Positions 8,760 through 19,500 of a stretch of DNA of 64,000 nt are shown piece after piece. Source of the stretch: an uncultured bacterium (GTDB lineage: Bacteria; CSSED10-310; CAZUFC01); the NCBI GenBank assembly GCA_964619725.1, contig CAZUFC010000001.1, positions 96,001 to 160,000 of the forward strand, written 5' to 3'. Each line of letters starts with the position of its first letter. The first letter of the stretch is position 1. Position numbers and translations under genes: made by a program. The notes beneath the pieces are model-generated. The model saw only the letters and a program-made list of their open reading frames with translations, was not told the DNA's origin and made no database searches.

Positions 8760-10847
8760 TCAAGCCGCTTTATCAATATTTTCGAGAATGTTTTTTAATC
8801 TCAAGAGCAGGATGTCTTCTCTTACGGGTTTTTTAATATAATCCACGGCTCCCATATTGAGACCTTTGTATTCATCTTCCGGGTCTATTCTCGCTGTCAG
8901 AAAGGCTACAGGAGTTTTTATCGCTTTCTGGTTCATTATTTCCAGGAGTTTGAAGCCGTTCATATTGGGCATATTGACGTCCGCCAGGACCAGGTCGAAT
9001 TGTTTCCGGCATAAATGCAGGAGCGCATCCAGACCGTCAGTCGCTTCTACTGTCCTGTAATTATGCTTATTGAGGACGTGACGGATCAGTTTTTGTGAAT
9101 CAAGGTCATCTTCAGCGACAAGTATTACCGGTTTCCGGTCGGAAGATTGTTTGCTTTGTGCACTTGTTTGTTCTTCACTGACGAAATTATTAATAGTGCC
9201 GGGTCGGTTTTCTTCAGCTAAAATTTTGTTATATACCTCTTCCGGCGAAAAGATAAAATCTTTTATTTTAAGCAAGGCATGATGATACAAAAGGAAATCG
9301 CCTCTTTTTCCCAAAGCGTTTCTGATTCGGGAAGGCGAAGTTCCATTTTTTATCATATCTTTTAATTCATCGTCGAATTCGATTATTTCACAGATGCCTT
9401 CCATTCCATAATAGCCGGTATTGTTGCATTTAGGGCATCCTGCGGGATAGGCGGCCTTATCGGGGATGTTTTTATAATAGGCTGAGAGCATTTTTTTATC
9501 CCGATCCTGCAGAGGACGGATTCGTTTGCAATGAGGGCACAATTTTTTCAGTATTCTTTGCGCTGCAGTCACCAGCATATTATCGGCAATGGAATTGAGG
9601 GGCACGCCCATCTTTTCCAGGCGGAACAGCGCCGTAGTGGAATTGGAAGTATTCAGCGCCGTAAGAACGAGTCGGCCTGAAGAAGCATAGTGAAACGCGC
9701 TTTGGGCGGTGAAAGCATCTTTAACTTCTCCGATGAAGAGGATATCCGGTTGTTGTTTAACGGCCGAGTCGAGGAGGAATTCAACCGTATTTCCCGCAGC
9801 ATTGTCGACTTCCATCTGGTTGGCGAAGGGAACATAGTATTCGATGGGGTCTTCGACTGTAATCAGGCTTCGGGATATGCAATCTATTTGCGATAAAAGG
9901 CTGTAAAGGAGGGCGCTTTTGCCGCTGTCGGCAGGACCGGCCACCAGGATCAGGCCGCTTTCCGCTCTGCGATCTCCGTCATCCGTAATTTTCAGCAACA
10001 ACTTTTTTTGTTCCTCGGTCATCCCCAGCTCATCCAGTGTACGGGTTTTACCGTGCGCATCCAGCAACCGTATGAAAAGGTTTTCGCCGTTGGGAGTTGA
10101 TGAGGCAGACAATTTAATCTTGTAGTTTTTATTGTTTATCGCAGAGGTATAGGTCCCTTCCTGCGGTCTGCCGCCTTCCCCTGTGTCCATACCGCTCTGC
10201 GTCTTGAATCGGTTTATAATGCGGGTCGCCATGTCGTTCTCCAACCTTCGGTAAATTTGCATATCGCCGTCGATCCTCAGACTGACCAGGGTTTCCGATT
10301 CCTTGCGTTGGACATGGATCGCATCGGCTCTTCTTTTGACTGCGTCGGATAAAAATTCATCAGCGAGCCTACCGACCGTTTCAATTTTATCCCGGAAATC
10401 GCTTTTCCAATCTTTTTGACCGGTAAGGAGTTTTTTCAAACCTCCGCTTTTATTTTCCGCTTTTTCATTCAACAGGCGAACTTCGGATTCATTATCATCC
10501 TTGTCGGCTTCGGAGGTATTGCAGTATATGACATGTAAATTGTCCATGTAACGGTCAAAAGCTTCGATCCATTTTTGTACGAGATGAGATGTTCTGTTTT
10601 TTGCGGCCCATTCCAGTCTTTCGCCGATCCTTGCTATCTGAAAAAAGCCGTATCCGCCCGCCGAACCTTTAATCTTGTGTCCTATCAGACGAATGCTTTC
10701 AAAGTCGTTCTGTTTCAGCGAGTCCTTAAGGAAATCGATCTCTTTTTTTTTGTTTTCCAGGAAACCGGGGATGAGTTCGCGAAGTTCCCGGTCGATTTTC
10801 ACTACGCAATTTGCAATATGCGGTTCATTATTACTGTTGACGGACAT
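8760..10847 (-). CDS. Fusion of Hpt domain, GspE/PilB-type secretion ATPase and C-terminal receiver domain
   Basis: Hpt HKIKGSAGGYG. PilB-type ADAIH, RIDG, RPQEG, Walker A GPADSGKS, Asp box EDPIE, Walker B IGEVKD, CPHC/CPKC Zn motif. REC AEDD...DVNMP...KP. Confidence 0.85.
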   Translation of the reverse strand: MSVNSNNEPHIANCVVKIDRELRELIPGFLENKKKEIDFLKDSLKQNDFESIRLIGHKIKGSAGGYGFFQIARIGERLEWAAKNRTSHLVQKWIEAFDRYMDNLHVIYCNTSEADKDDNESEVRLLNEKAENKSGGLKKLLTGQKDWKSDFRDKIETVGRLADEFLSDAVKRRADAIHVQRKESETLVSLRIDGDMQIYRRLENDMATRIINRFKTQSGMDTGEGGRPQEGTYTSAINNKNYKIKLSASSTPNGENLFIRLLDAHGKTRTLDELGMTEEQKKLLLKITDDGDRRAESGLILVAGPADSGKSALLYSLLSQIDCISRSLITVEDPIEYYVPFANQMEVDNAAGNTVEFLLDSAVKQQPDILFIGEVKDAFTAQSAFHYASSGRLVLTALNTSNSTTALFRLEKMGVPLNSIADNMLVTAAQRILKKLCPHCKRIRPLQDRDKKMLSAYYKNIPDKAAYPAGCPKCNNTGYYGMEGICEIIEFDDELKDMIKNGTSPSRIRNALGKRGDFLLYHHALLKIKDFIFSPEEVYNKILAEENRPGTINNFVSEEQTSAQSKQSSDRKPVILVAEDDLDSQKLIRHVLNKHNYRTVEATDGLDALLHLCRKQFDLVLADVNMPNMNGFKLLEIMNQKAIKTPVAFLTARIDPEDEYKGLNMGAVDYIKKPVREDILLLRLKNILENIDKAA

Positions 10848-10916
10848 TTATATCTCCTTTTTTAAGATCGAAAAGCCATATACCTTTTTCACAATTCCAT
10901 TTTACTTGTTTCATGT

Positions 10917-12998
10917 CTATCCTGCTTTTTCGAGCTCCTCATCATTGTGCAGCGATTGATAATTAAGAATAGTATTCAATAAAACGCTTTTTTTAATGGG
11001 TTTGGTCACATGAGCATCGCAGCCTGCCTCAGCGCATTTGCCGGCATCTTCAGCGAACGCGTAGGCGGTCAAAGCGACTATGGGCGTCGCAGCCAGTCCC
11101 CGGTCTTTTTCCAGGCATCTGATTTCCCTGGTGGCATCATAGCCGTTCATGACCGGCATCTCTATGTCCATTAAGATTATATCATAATCGTTCCGATTGA
11201 ATTTTTCTACAGCTTCTTTGCCGTTTTCGGCCATATCCAGGTGAAAATTCGTCTTTTTAAGATACATTTCTATCAGTCGCCTGTTGTCTATTGAATCTTC
11301 CACGAGAAGTATGTTCAATGGTGGAATACGGGTATCAGTTCTATACTCACAGGTTTTCTTTGGAGGTGAACTTTTTTGATCCCCCATCTTCATTTCGGAA
11401 GAATGGTTTAAAGCTTTGAACAGGGCGGAGATGCCGACGGGTTTTTGCAGGAGGTTTGGCCTTTTATCTTTGCCGGAGAGTTCGAGGTTCAGCGCGTTTG
11501 TATTATTAAGCATCAGCGGAAGGGTCACGATAACAGCCGAATCATGCGGACACAGGCGTCTTATTTCCCTGTATTGATCACCGCCGCAGTCTTCCAGAAG
11601 CAGTTCCGCTGCGCATATTATGACTTGGAAGGGCTGATTGAACATGCGTCCCCTTTCAATTTCATCCAGGGCGTCATAAATATTATGAGCCGGGACCACC
11701 TTCGCCTCCATGCGACTCAGCATATCTTTCAGATGACCAAGGCTTTTTTCGTCCTGATCAGCAACCAGGATTCGTTTGCCTTTCATGTCCAAAGGTAAAT
11801 AATCCTGGTCCGTCTTATCGGGTCGAACGATCTTCATGGGCGCAGTGAATTGAAAACGACTGCCGGCGCCGGGAGCGCTTTCGACCCAGATTCTGCCGCC
11901 CATCAATTCCACCAGGCTTTTCGTGATCGCCAATCCCAGGCCCGTTCCCCCGAACCTCCGCGTTATCGACTCATCCGCCTGGGTAAAGGATTCGAATATG
12001 CCCTGTTGCTCCTCTTCAGGAATGCCTATCCCCGTATCTTCAACGCAAATTTTTATTTCCGTTTTATCGCCGTGGGATTCACAAAGCTCCGTCGTCTCAT
12101 CTGCTTTTTCCAGATAAACCCTGACCTCGCCGGCTTCCGTGAATTTGACGGCATTACCGATGAGATTGATAAGAATCTGCTTAAGCCGGTCGGGATCGCC
12201 AAAAACCTTTACCGGCCATAATTCGGGATCAGTTCTTATAAAAAAGCCGATATTTTTACGGGCAGCCTCCTGCGCCATAGTTACGCATGTTTGCTCAACC
12301 AGTTCAACCAGGTTGAATTTGCAAGCGCTCAGCTTCAATTCCCCTGCTTCCACTTTAGACAGATCGAGTATCTCATTGATGAGATTCAAAAGATGGCATC
12401 CTGAATTCTGAAGCATGGAGAGGTATTCCCGCTGTCTGTCGTTCAAATTCGTTTCCTCCAACTGGTCGACCATGCCGAGTATTATATTAAGGGGAGTCCG
12501 TATTTCATGACTCATACGGGCCAGGAACTGCGATTTAGCCCTGTTGGAGGTTTCTGCGGCTTCTTTGGCTTCCTTCAGCTCGCCGGTAAAAGATTCCAGA
12601 TGTTTCAACAGCTCAGCCCGTTGGATGGCGTACCGGATGGAACGTTCAAGCACGGATGCATCTATTTTGTCCTTCACCAGGTAATCGCATGCGCCGGCTT
12701 TCATTGAACGTATATCCGTTTCATGGTCGCTCATTCCCGTAAGCATTATCATGGGCGTTTTACAGCCGTTCCGGACTGCCTGTTTTATCAATTCCAGACC
12801 GGTACGACTGCCGAGCGAATAATCGATCAGGCAAACGTCATAAGGACCTGCAAGCAGTCTGCTCAGGCCTTCCGTAAAATTCGGAGCCCAATCCAGGGAA
12901 TAATTCGATTGTTTAATGTCGGAGATGACGTCGCATGTTATTATATAATCGTCTTCATCATCTTCTATCAGCAGTATTCTGATCGTTTCATCGGTCAT
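10917..12998 (-). CDS. Hybrid sensor histidine kinase (REC-HisKA-HATPase-pseudoREC-REC)
   Basis: N-terminal REC (IEDD..DY), H-box SHEIRTPL, NLIGNAVKFT, DTGIGI, GGTGLGL, final REC DIEMP. The middle REC lacks the phospho-Asp. Confidence 0.92.
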   Translation of the reverse strand: MTDETIRILLIEDDEDDYIITCDVISDIKQSNYSLDWAPNFTEGLSRLLAGPYDVCLIDYSLGSRTGLELIKQAVRNGCKTPMIMLTGMSDHETDIRSMKAGACDYLVKDKIDASVLERSIRYAIQRAELLKHLESFTGELKEAKEAAETSNRAKSQFLARMSHEIRTPLNIILGMVDQLEETNLNDRQREYLSMLQNSGCHLLNLINEILDLSKVEAGELKLSACKFNLVELVEQTCVTMAQEAARKNIGFFIRTDPELWPVKVFGDPDRLKQILINLIGNAVKFTEAGEVRVYLEKADETTELCESHGDKTEIKICVEDTGIGIPEEEQQGIFESFTQADESITRRFGGTGLGLAITKSLVELMGGRIWVESAPGAGSRFQFTAPMKIVRPDKTDQDYLPLDMKGKRILVADQDEKSLGHLKDMLSRMEAKVVPAHNIYDALDEIERGRMFNQPFQVIICAAELLLEDCGGDQYREIRRLCPHDSAVIVTLPLMLNNTNALNLELSGKDKRPNLLQKPVGISALFKALNHSSEMKMGDQKSSPPKKTCEYRTDTRIPPLNILLVEDSIDNRRLIEMYLKKTNFHLDMAENGKEAVEKFNRNDYDIILMDIEMPVMNGYDATREIRCLEKDRGLAATPIVALTAYAFAEDAGKCAEAGCDAHVTKPIKKSVLLNTILNYQSLHNDEELEKAG

Positions 12999-13467
12999 GC
13001 CGGCATTCCTTTTCCTCTTTCACAGGCAACAGCACTATTTCAAACCAGTATTTTCCGAAAGCGCCTATCAGTTCCACCAGTTCTTTGAAACTGACCGGTT
13101 TATTAATGAAGGAATTGACGCCCAGGTTATAGGACCTGATAATGTCCTCGTCCGATCTGGATGACGTGAATATGATGACGGGAATACTGCACAACTGCCG
13201 GTCGGTTTTAATTTCCTGCAACGCTTCGAAGCCGTCTTTCTTGGGCATATTGACGTCCAGTATAATCAAATCAGGTCTCGGCAATTGTCCGAATCCGGAA
13301 AACCGGCCTGTTCCATTCAGATAATCCATCAGCTCCTGTCCGTTATAAACGAATCTCAGGTCATAGGCCATGTGATTCTCTTCAAACGCCTCTTCGACCA
13401 TAAGCCGGTCGTCCGGATCGTCGTCCGCCATAAGTATGATCAACGATTTCGATTTGTCATTCATCAA
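12988..13467 (-). CDS. Single-domain response regulator (Rcp1-like CheY family)
   Basis: ADDDPDD, LDVNMP, TSS, SYNLGVNSFINKP. Confidence 0.92.
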   Translation of the reverse strand: MMNDKSKSLIILMADDDPDDRLMVEEAFEENHMAYDLRFVYNGQELMDYLNGTGRFSGFGQLPRPDLIILDVNMPKKDGFEALQEIKTDRQLCSIPVIIFTSSRSDEDIIRSYNLGVNSFINKPVSFKELVELIGAFGKYWFEIVLLPVKEEKECRHDR

Positions 13468-15076
13468 CTCGCTTCCTCTTTATCTGTTTCACCGGTAAAG
13501 TAATCTCAAACAAAGCCCCCTGGCCGGGCTCGCTTTTTGCCGTTATGCCCCCGCCGTGGTATTTCACTATCTTTTTACAAAGCGCCAACCCTATCCCGCT
13601 CCCGTTATATTCGCTCCTCCCGTGCAACCGCTGAAAAATCGTGAATATCCGCTCGGCATATTGTGCATCGAATCCGATGCCGTTGTCCTCCACGGTTATA
13701 ATGCAGAATTCGCCGAACCCCGGCGCTGAGCAACCGGGAGGCTCCTGTTCGGATATGCGTCCGGTTATTTTTACATACGGGCTTATGCCGGGTTTCTGAA
13801 ACTTGAGTGCATTCCCCGTTAAATTCTGCAGAAGGACTTTCATTTGCGTACGGTTCGCCTCTATGACGGGCAATCCCGAATATTCTATCCGGGCGCCGGA
13901 TTCTTTTATCTTGACTTCAAGATCAGAGATGACTTCCTCCACCACGTTTCGAAGATCGACTTCATTGAAATCAGGGGCTCTTCTCGTTACACGGGAAAAC
14001 TGCAGCAGATCATTGATCAGGCTCTGCAGCCGGCTCGCCGCATTACGCATTCTCTTTAAATAATCCAAACCTTTTTCATCCAGCGAACCAGCATATTTCT
14101 GACCCAGCCGCTCGCCGAAAACCTGTATCTTACGCAACGGTTCCTGGAGATCGTGTGACGCAGCGTAAGCGAATTGTTCCAGTTCAGCGTTGGACCGCAC
14201 AAGAGATTCATTCAATCGCTTGAGTTCCTCTTCCGCGGCTTTACGGTCTGAAATATCCATCAGGTTCGTCACTATGCCGATAAGTTCGCCGTCCTGCCCC
14301 TCAAGCCTGGACGCAGTCAGAATAAAAGGTATTGATTTTTCTCCCCGAGCCTGGAGAGTCACCTCAAATTCCACCGTTTTCTTGCCGTTCTGTATCTGAC
14401 GCAAGGGACATTCATCCGTCTCACAGAGTCGGTTTTCTATTATTTCCCGGCACCGGCGGTCGCCCGGATGACCGCGGCGTATTCCCAAAAGCTCCACCAC
14501 CTTATCGTTCAGACGGAGGACTCGAAAATCCCTGTTGATCACAAGCATCCCATGCGAGGTCGTGTTGAGTATCTGGTCCAGTTGGGTATAAGCCATCGCC
14601 AAAGCTTTTTCGGCTCTTCTCCGGGATGATATGTCTTCATACGTTCCCAGTATGCCGATAACCCGACCTTTGTCGTCCACCATAGGGACTCTGTTCACCT
14701 GGTACCATCTCTTCTCACCGTTTTCCAGAAGACGCGGCTCAATTAAATTAATCTCCGCCTCATTGTCCTCCATGACGCGGTTCTCACACGCATGAAAATA
14801 TTCCGCCTGACGTTCAGACCAGGGAAGGTCTTCATCCCTCTTGCCGACGATCTCTTCTGCATTATGAAACCCCAGCTCGCGTGCAAAATTCATATTACAG
14901 CCCAGATACCTCCCTGTCCTGTCTTTCCAGAAAACGCTCTGAACAATGTTTTCAATAACAAGATTCAACAACTGGTGCGGCGATTGAATTTTTGCCAATG
15001 CCGCTTTATAGGCGCCGGATTTTCCGGCTTTGGTTTCATACTCGCTGTGGTCTTTGTTTGGTACGCTGACTTTCAT
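13457..15076 (-). CDS. PAS-PAS sensor histidine kinase (Cph1-like kinase core)
   Basis: Two PAS/PAC domains, H-box ASHDLQEPLR, NALKF, DNGIGF, FQRLH, GSGIGL. Confidence 0.92.
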   Translation of the reverse strand: MKVSVPNKDHSEYETKAGKSGAYKAALAKIQSPHQLLNLVIENIVQSVFWKDRTGRYLGCNMNFARELGFHNAEEIVGKRDEDLPWSERQAEYFHACENRVMEDNEAEINLIEPRLLENGEKRWYQVNRVPMVDDKGRVIGILGTYEDISSRRRAEKALAMAYTQLDQILNTTSHGMLVINRDFRVLRLNDKVVELLGIRRGHPGDRRCREIIENRLCETDECPLRQIQNGKKTVEFEVTLQARGEKSIPFILTASRLEGQDGELIGIVTNLMDISDRKAAEEELKRLNESLVRSNAELEQFAYAASHDLQEPLRKIQVFGERLGQKYAGSLDEKGLDYLKRMRNAASRLQSLINDLLQFSRVTRRAPDFNEVDLRNVVEEVISDLEVKIKESGARIEYSGLPVIEANRTQMKVLLQNLTGNALKFQKPGISPYVKITGRISEQEPPGCSAPGFGEFCIITVEDNGIGFDAQYAERIFTIFQRLHGRSEYNGSGIGLALCKKIVKYHGGGITAKSEPGQGALFEITLPVKQIKRKRVDE

Positions 15077-15509
15077 TTTTCCGTGTCTTCAAGAAAAAAA
15101 TAATCGGAATAAAGGCAATCCAGCCCGCCATGCCGGGCAAAAACGGATTAGTAAGGATCAGCCGCTTTACCGAAAATAGATTCAATCCGGCAGACTTCTA
15201 TGGATTGACTGATAAAAAAAAGAAATTATATTTTGCGAATGCAGATTGGAATAGCTTCTCCCCCCAGGTTCCCACTCCTGTCAAAGATTAAGTATAAGAA
15301 AAACATCAGACATGTCAATTTTTTGGCGGCCGATGACTGCAGAGCAACAATTTCTGCGCTGCCGGCATTGCTTGCCGGCGTATGTCCAGCTTTAAATTTT
15401 GAATTGAGGTTCGAGTTTGTAGACGGACGCTTGCTAATGAAGCCGTGCATTACCTGGCGAAATCCAAAACCGGCGGGCCGGAATCTGCGCTTATATAGAT
15501 TAAAATTTT

Positions 15510-15665
15510 GGGACTGATCAAACCGGGGTGACGCTTCTTGCAAAACTTTCGGCGGTTTGTTTCATTAATCGGGGTCGGTATCGTGGTCGGTATCGCAATC
15601 TCAACAAAACGAATGGATATTCTGTAGGATTGTAACCTCAAAGGATGCATTTTTGATCAATGCCC
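15510..15665 (+). repeat. ~150-bp dispersed MITE-like repeat (TGATCAAA ends), copy A
   Basis: GGGACTGATCAAA...TTTTGATCAATGCCC; aligns by eye with the reverse complement of 20143-20283 and with 34108-34248. Confidence 0.8.
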
Positions 15666-15869
15666 AATAAATTGTCCGGCGTACTCAATAACCCTTGCGG
15701 TTTCCAAAATTTTCTTCCGAATTGTCACTGCAATAAATTCACTAATGACTTGGATGCTAACCACAATATCATGAGACAATAACAAATCTTCAGCAATTTC
15801 TCTCTTACTGCGATCATCCGCCACTGAGTATACCAGTATATTTGTATCGATGAAAATACTATCGTTCAT
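15657..15869 (-). pseudogene. Truncated PIN/VapC toxin
   Basis: IFIDTNILVY and VSIQVISEF PIN motifs, but only 70 aa. The stop codon lies within the repeat element. Confidence 0.8.
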
Positions 15870-16104
15870 GAAGTTCTTCCCGGTTGAATCGGTAATGCTC
15901 CGGCAGCTTACCGTCTGCTTCCTGAAAGATTTTTGTTAGAATCTGCTGTTTTTGCTTTCGGGATTGCTCGTATTTCCCCAAATATTTGAAGACTAAAAAT
16001 TCATAGAATGTAGCCAATTCGCGTTGAGCAGCCTCAGGCAGCTTCCCGACGTCAATGTTCTGATTCAATGTTTTCAAATACCGGGTGAGGTTGTTCTTAA
16101 TCAT
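15859..16104 (-). CDS. Putative antitoxin of the PIN toxin
   Basis: Small protein overlapping the toxin start, with LPE..QRE...FYEFL..KY and C-terminal FNREELHER. ATG at 16104 follows GGAGGA. Confidence 0.65.
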   Translation of the reverse strand: MIKNNLTRYLKTLNQNIDVGKLPEAAQRELATFYEFLVFKYLGKYEQSRKQKQQILTKIFQEADGKLPEHYRFNREELHER

Positions 16105-16503
16105 TATTCCTCCGCCCTCTTGATTTAAACTTTCAAGGCATTTGTCCGCTATCAAAAAATCTCGCAAATAAGACATCAACCATCAAGAGTTTTCCTCCCA
16201 CTTGCCTTGTCCCCCTTTACCCATAATACTATAGAACTTTCAAAAGTAAAAATCAACGTCTGCAACAGAAAACGAACCGCCTTTTGAATAAGAAAAGCGC
16301 TGCCTTCAGTCTAACACATCATCGGGCGCGTGATCGATTGTTTTTCCCCCATACTCTATACAAACAGAAAACAGTGAAACACTATGCCGCATTGCATCTC
16401 GACCAGGTTCCCGCCCTGCTGAGCACAAACACGACGTACGATGGGACAGGAACGCTGCCGGCGCAGTGAGAAGATCATGAACTGATAACGTATTAATGAT
16501 ATT

Positions 16504-19500
16504 TTAATGTTTTTCCCTTTGGACCAGGACAAATATCGAAGTCAGAAGAATAAATAGGATCGTTTTGCCGAGGGGACCGGCGGCCGGAATGGGAGCCGGA
16601 GTCGGCGAAGCTGTGGGTGTGGGCGACCAGTTGGGTTGTATGGTTATTTCAAAGCATGCAATGGAGTCGCTGTAGAATCCGTCGATTGAGTTGTATCCGA
16701 TGTCGCCCATGGCGACCCAGGCCGGGGCTCCGTGACCTGTGAGTCCGCCGTCCAGGTCCATGATGTCGGTCACATGTCCGGCTACGTTGAAGAAGGAGAT
16801 GGTGACTACGAGGTCGTTTATGATGGTGGTTCGGGAATCGGAGTTGAGCAGGCAGTTGCAGGGTTGGAAATATGTCATGTCCTGTTTGCCGGGATGGCAG
16901 GGAATGTAATGTCCTCCTGCATCGGCGGCGGCGCCCTGGAAGGGAACGTCGTCCAGTGATGCAACGGTCGGATTATCGCCGGAAGTAAAGGAATCGCCAG
17001 TGGAGTCGTCGCTTATGAAGGCCGCGAGCAGGCCTGTTGATGATATTTCCATTGCGGAAGGACACAAGACGGTGAACCTGTTGGAGCCCATCTTCAGAGG
17101 ATGGTTGAGCCTGTTTTTGGTTAGACCGGACATGTAAATGTATTCGCCGTGGTCGCCGGCATTGTAGGGGACGTTTGATGCTTCCGGTCTGTTTATTACA
17201 TTGATGGACGGATCGAGTTCAGCGACGTCTATGCCGGCGATGGAACCCTGATTCTGGAATGCCGGAGCGCCCAGTCCCGCATCGAGGATATGGTTCAATC
17301 GAATCTGGGCTCCCTGGTAACTGAAGTTCGTACCGAAATCGTAGTAACCTTCGATGACGGCCAGGTCCATCTGTCCGCCGTCCCATCCCGTCGAGGGTAC
17401 AGGATCGAGAAAGATGCTGTCCTGGTAAAAGCGTTCTTCTCCGGCTTCCAGGCCGGGAATATGTTGAACGATGAAGATATCATTGAGGAAAAGGGAACTG
17501 GGCGGTGAAGTCGGCGTAGGAACGGGAGTAAATGTCGATCCTGCAGTGGGCGTTTCAGTGGGGGTTATAGTAGGCGTGGGAGACGACGTAGGCGTTAATG
17601 TGGGACCGTATGTAGGAGTATAAATATATTCGACGAGGAGCTCGAGGTAGACGACGCAATCAGGCATGGAGTCGTCGATGGAGTTGTAACCGATATCCTC
17701 ATCAACGATCCAGCCTGGAGCGCCGTGACCGCTGAGTCCGTGCGGCAGTCCCATGCCTGAACCGACATCGCCGGCGACGTTGAAATAGGTTACGGTTATG
17801 CGATAATTGCCTGATTCCATGAATCTGCTGTCGTCGGCGAATTGATGCGTGCAGGATTGAAAATAGGGCGCATCCGTTTGTCCGGGATGCGGAGGGATGT
17901 ATTGTCCTTGAGCGTCCGACGTCGAACCTTGAGACGTCGAATCATCCAGGCAGGCTACTGATGGCGGGTCGTTCTGCTGGAATGTTTCTCCTGACGGATC
18001 GTGACTGATGAAGGCTGCGATTATGCCCCGGTTGCTGAATTCCATGGCATCAGGGGATATGATGGTAAAACGGTTGTATCCGACGGATAATTCGCGGTTT
18101 AGTTTACTTTTGTTCATGCCGGAACCTTGAATAAAGTCCTGATGGCTGTCTGCATCGTAAGGACAGTTGTCGACGGACGGACGATTGAGTATGGTAATTC
18201 CCGCGTCCAGTTCTTTTACTCCCGCCGTGTCGATGGAACCTCTGTCGATGAAATCCGGCGCTCCCAGCCCGTAATCCTGCACGTCTGCAGGGTCGATCTG
18301 TCCGCCCTGATCCGTATAGCCGGTATTGAAATCGTAATATCCCTCGATGACTGCCAGGTCTATCAAACCGCCGTCCCAGCCGGAAGTGGGGATTAAACTG
18401 TCGATGATAGTGTCCTGGTAATACCGGTTATCTCCGTACCCCGCATTTTTGTATTGCGCCAGGTATATATCGTTCAGGTATATCTTTGAAGGATCAAATG
18501 TCGGCGCCGGCGTCGGGGTCAAGGCTGATGTCGGAGTCGGCGTCGGCGTGGCCGTCGGCGGCCCTGAATCATGCCAGGTGACGAAAGGATTGCCCATCAG
18601 TATCTTATCGTCGACCGAGCGGAAAAAATAATGATCGTCGCCCCAAATAATGTCGGAATTGCGCATCTGGTAATATCCCTTGGCCAGATAATTATCCGGA
18701 GTCGCAGCCAGGCCTTGAATAAGCAATTCGTGGAATCCGGCGAAGAGTCCCGTGGACTGCGAGGAAGCAGAACCGTAAAAGGTTACGCACGCAGTGTTGT
18801 CCGCGAAAACCAGATTGTTGCCTATGCCCCGTTCGTAAGCCGGATTCGGTCCCGTGGTTCCCCGGAAATTGCCGTTGTTGCATCCGCTTGACGTTATGAA
18901 ATTGGGGCAGCGGTCCTGCTGTATCAGGGATACGTTTTCATAATTAAAGGAGTTTCCGCCTCCGTGATAATATACGGCATCAGCTCCGCCGTGACAGAAA
19001 AGATGACAATATTTGAAAATGGTTTGATTCCACAAGTAAAACAGTTCGTCCACTTTAATATCATCGATGCTTCCATAGGGATGCTCATATGGCGTAAAGT
19101 CAAGACTTGCATTAAATCCTTCCCAGTCGCTCCCGTTCCAGTACCTCTCCTTGGTCAAATCCTGAGGATATATCCAGTAGGGAACGCCGGCGTATCCCCA
19201 CATCAGGTCCTGGTCCGACGAATAAACACCGAAGTGCATTATCTGTTCCGCAGTGCGGCCGCCCGATTCCAACAGCAGGTTTATCCATTCCGAATTGAAT
19301 CCCAGGTTGGTCATGTTGCTTCCGATATAAAGCATGGCGTCCTCTCCTTCTATCTGACCGGAATAGTAATCATCGAGTTTTTCCAGATATCCGTTCAGGT
19401 AGAAGCCGTGATCGCTCACATCCTCTGCAGGCGGTATCCACCAGGCCGTCCAGATTTCCGTCGCATTAGTCCACGGATCGGTGATGACCTGCTCAAAATG

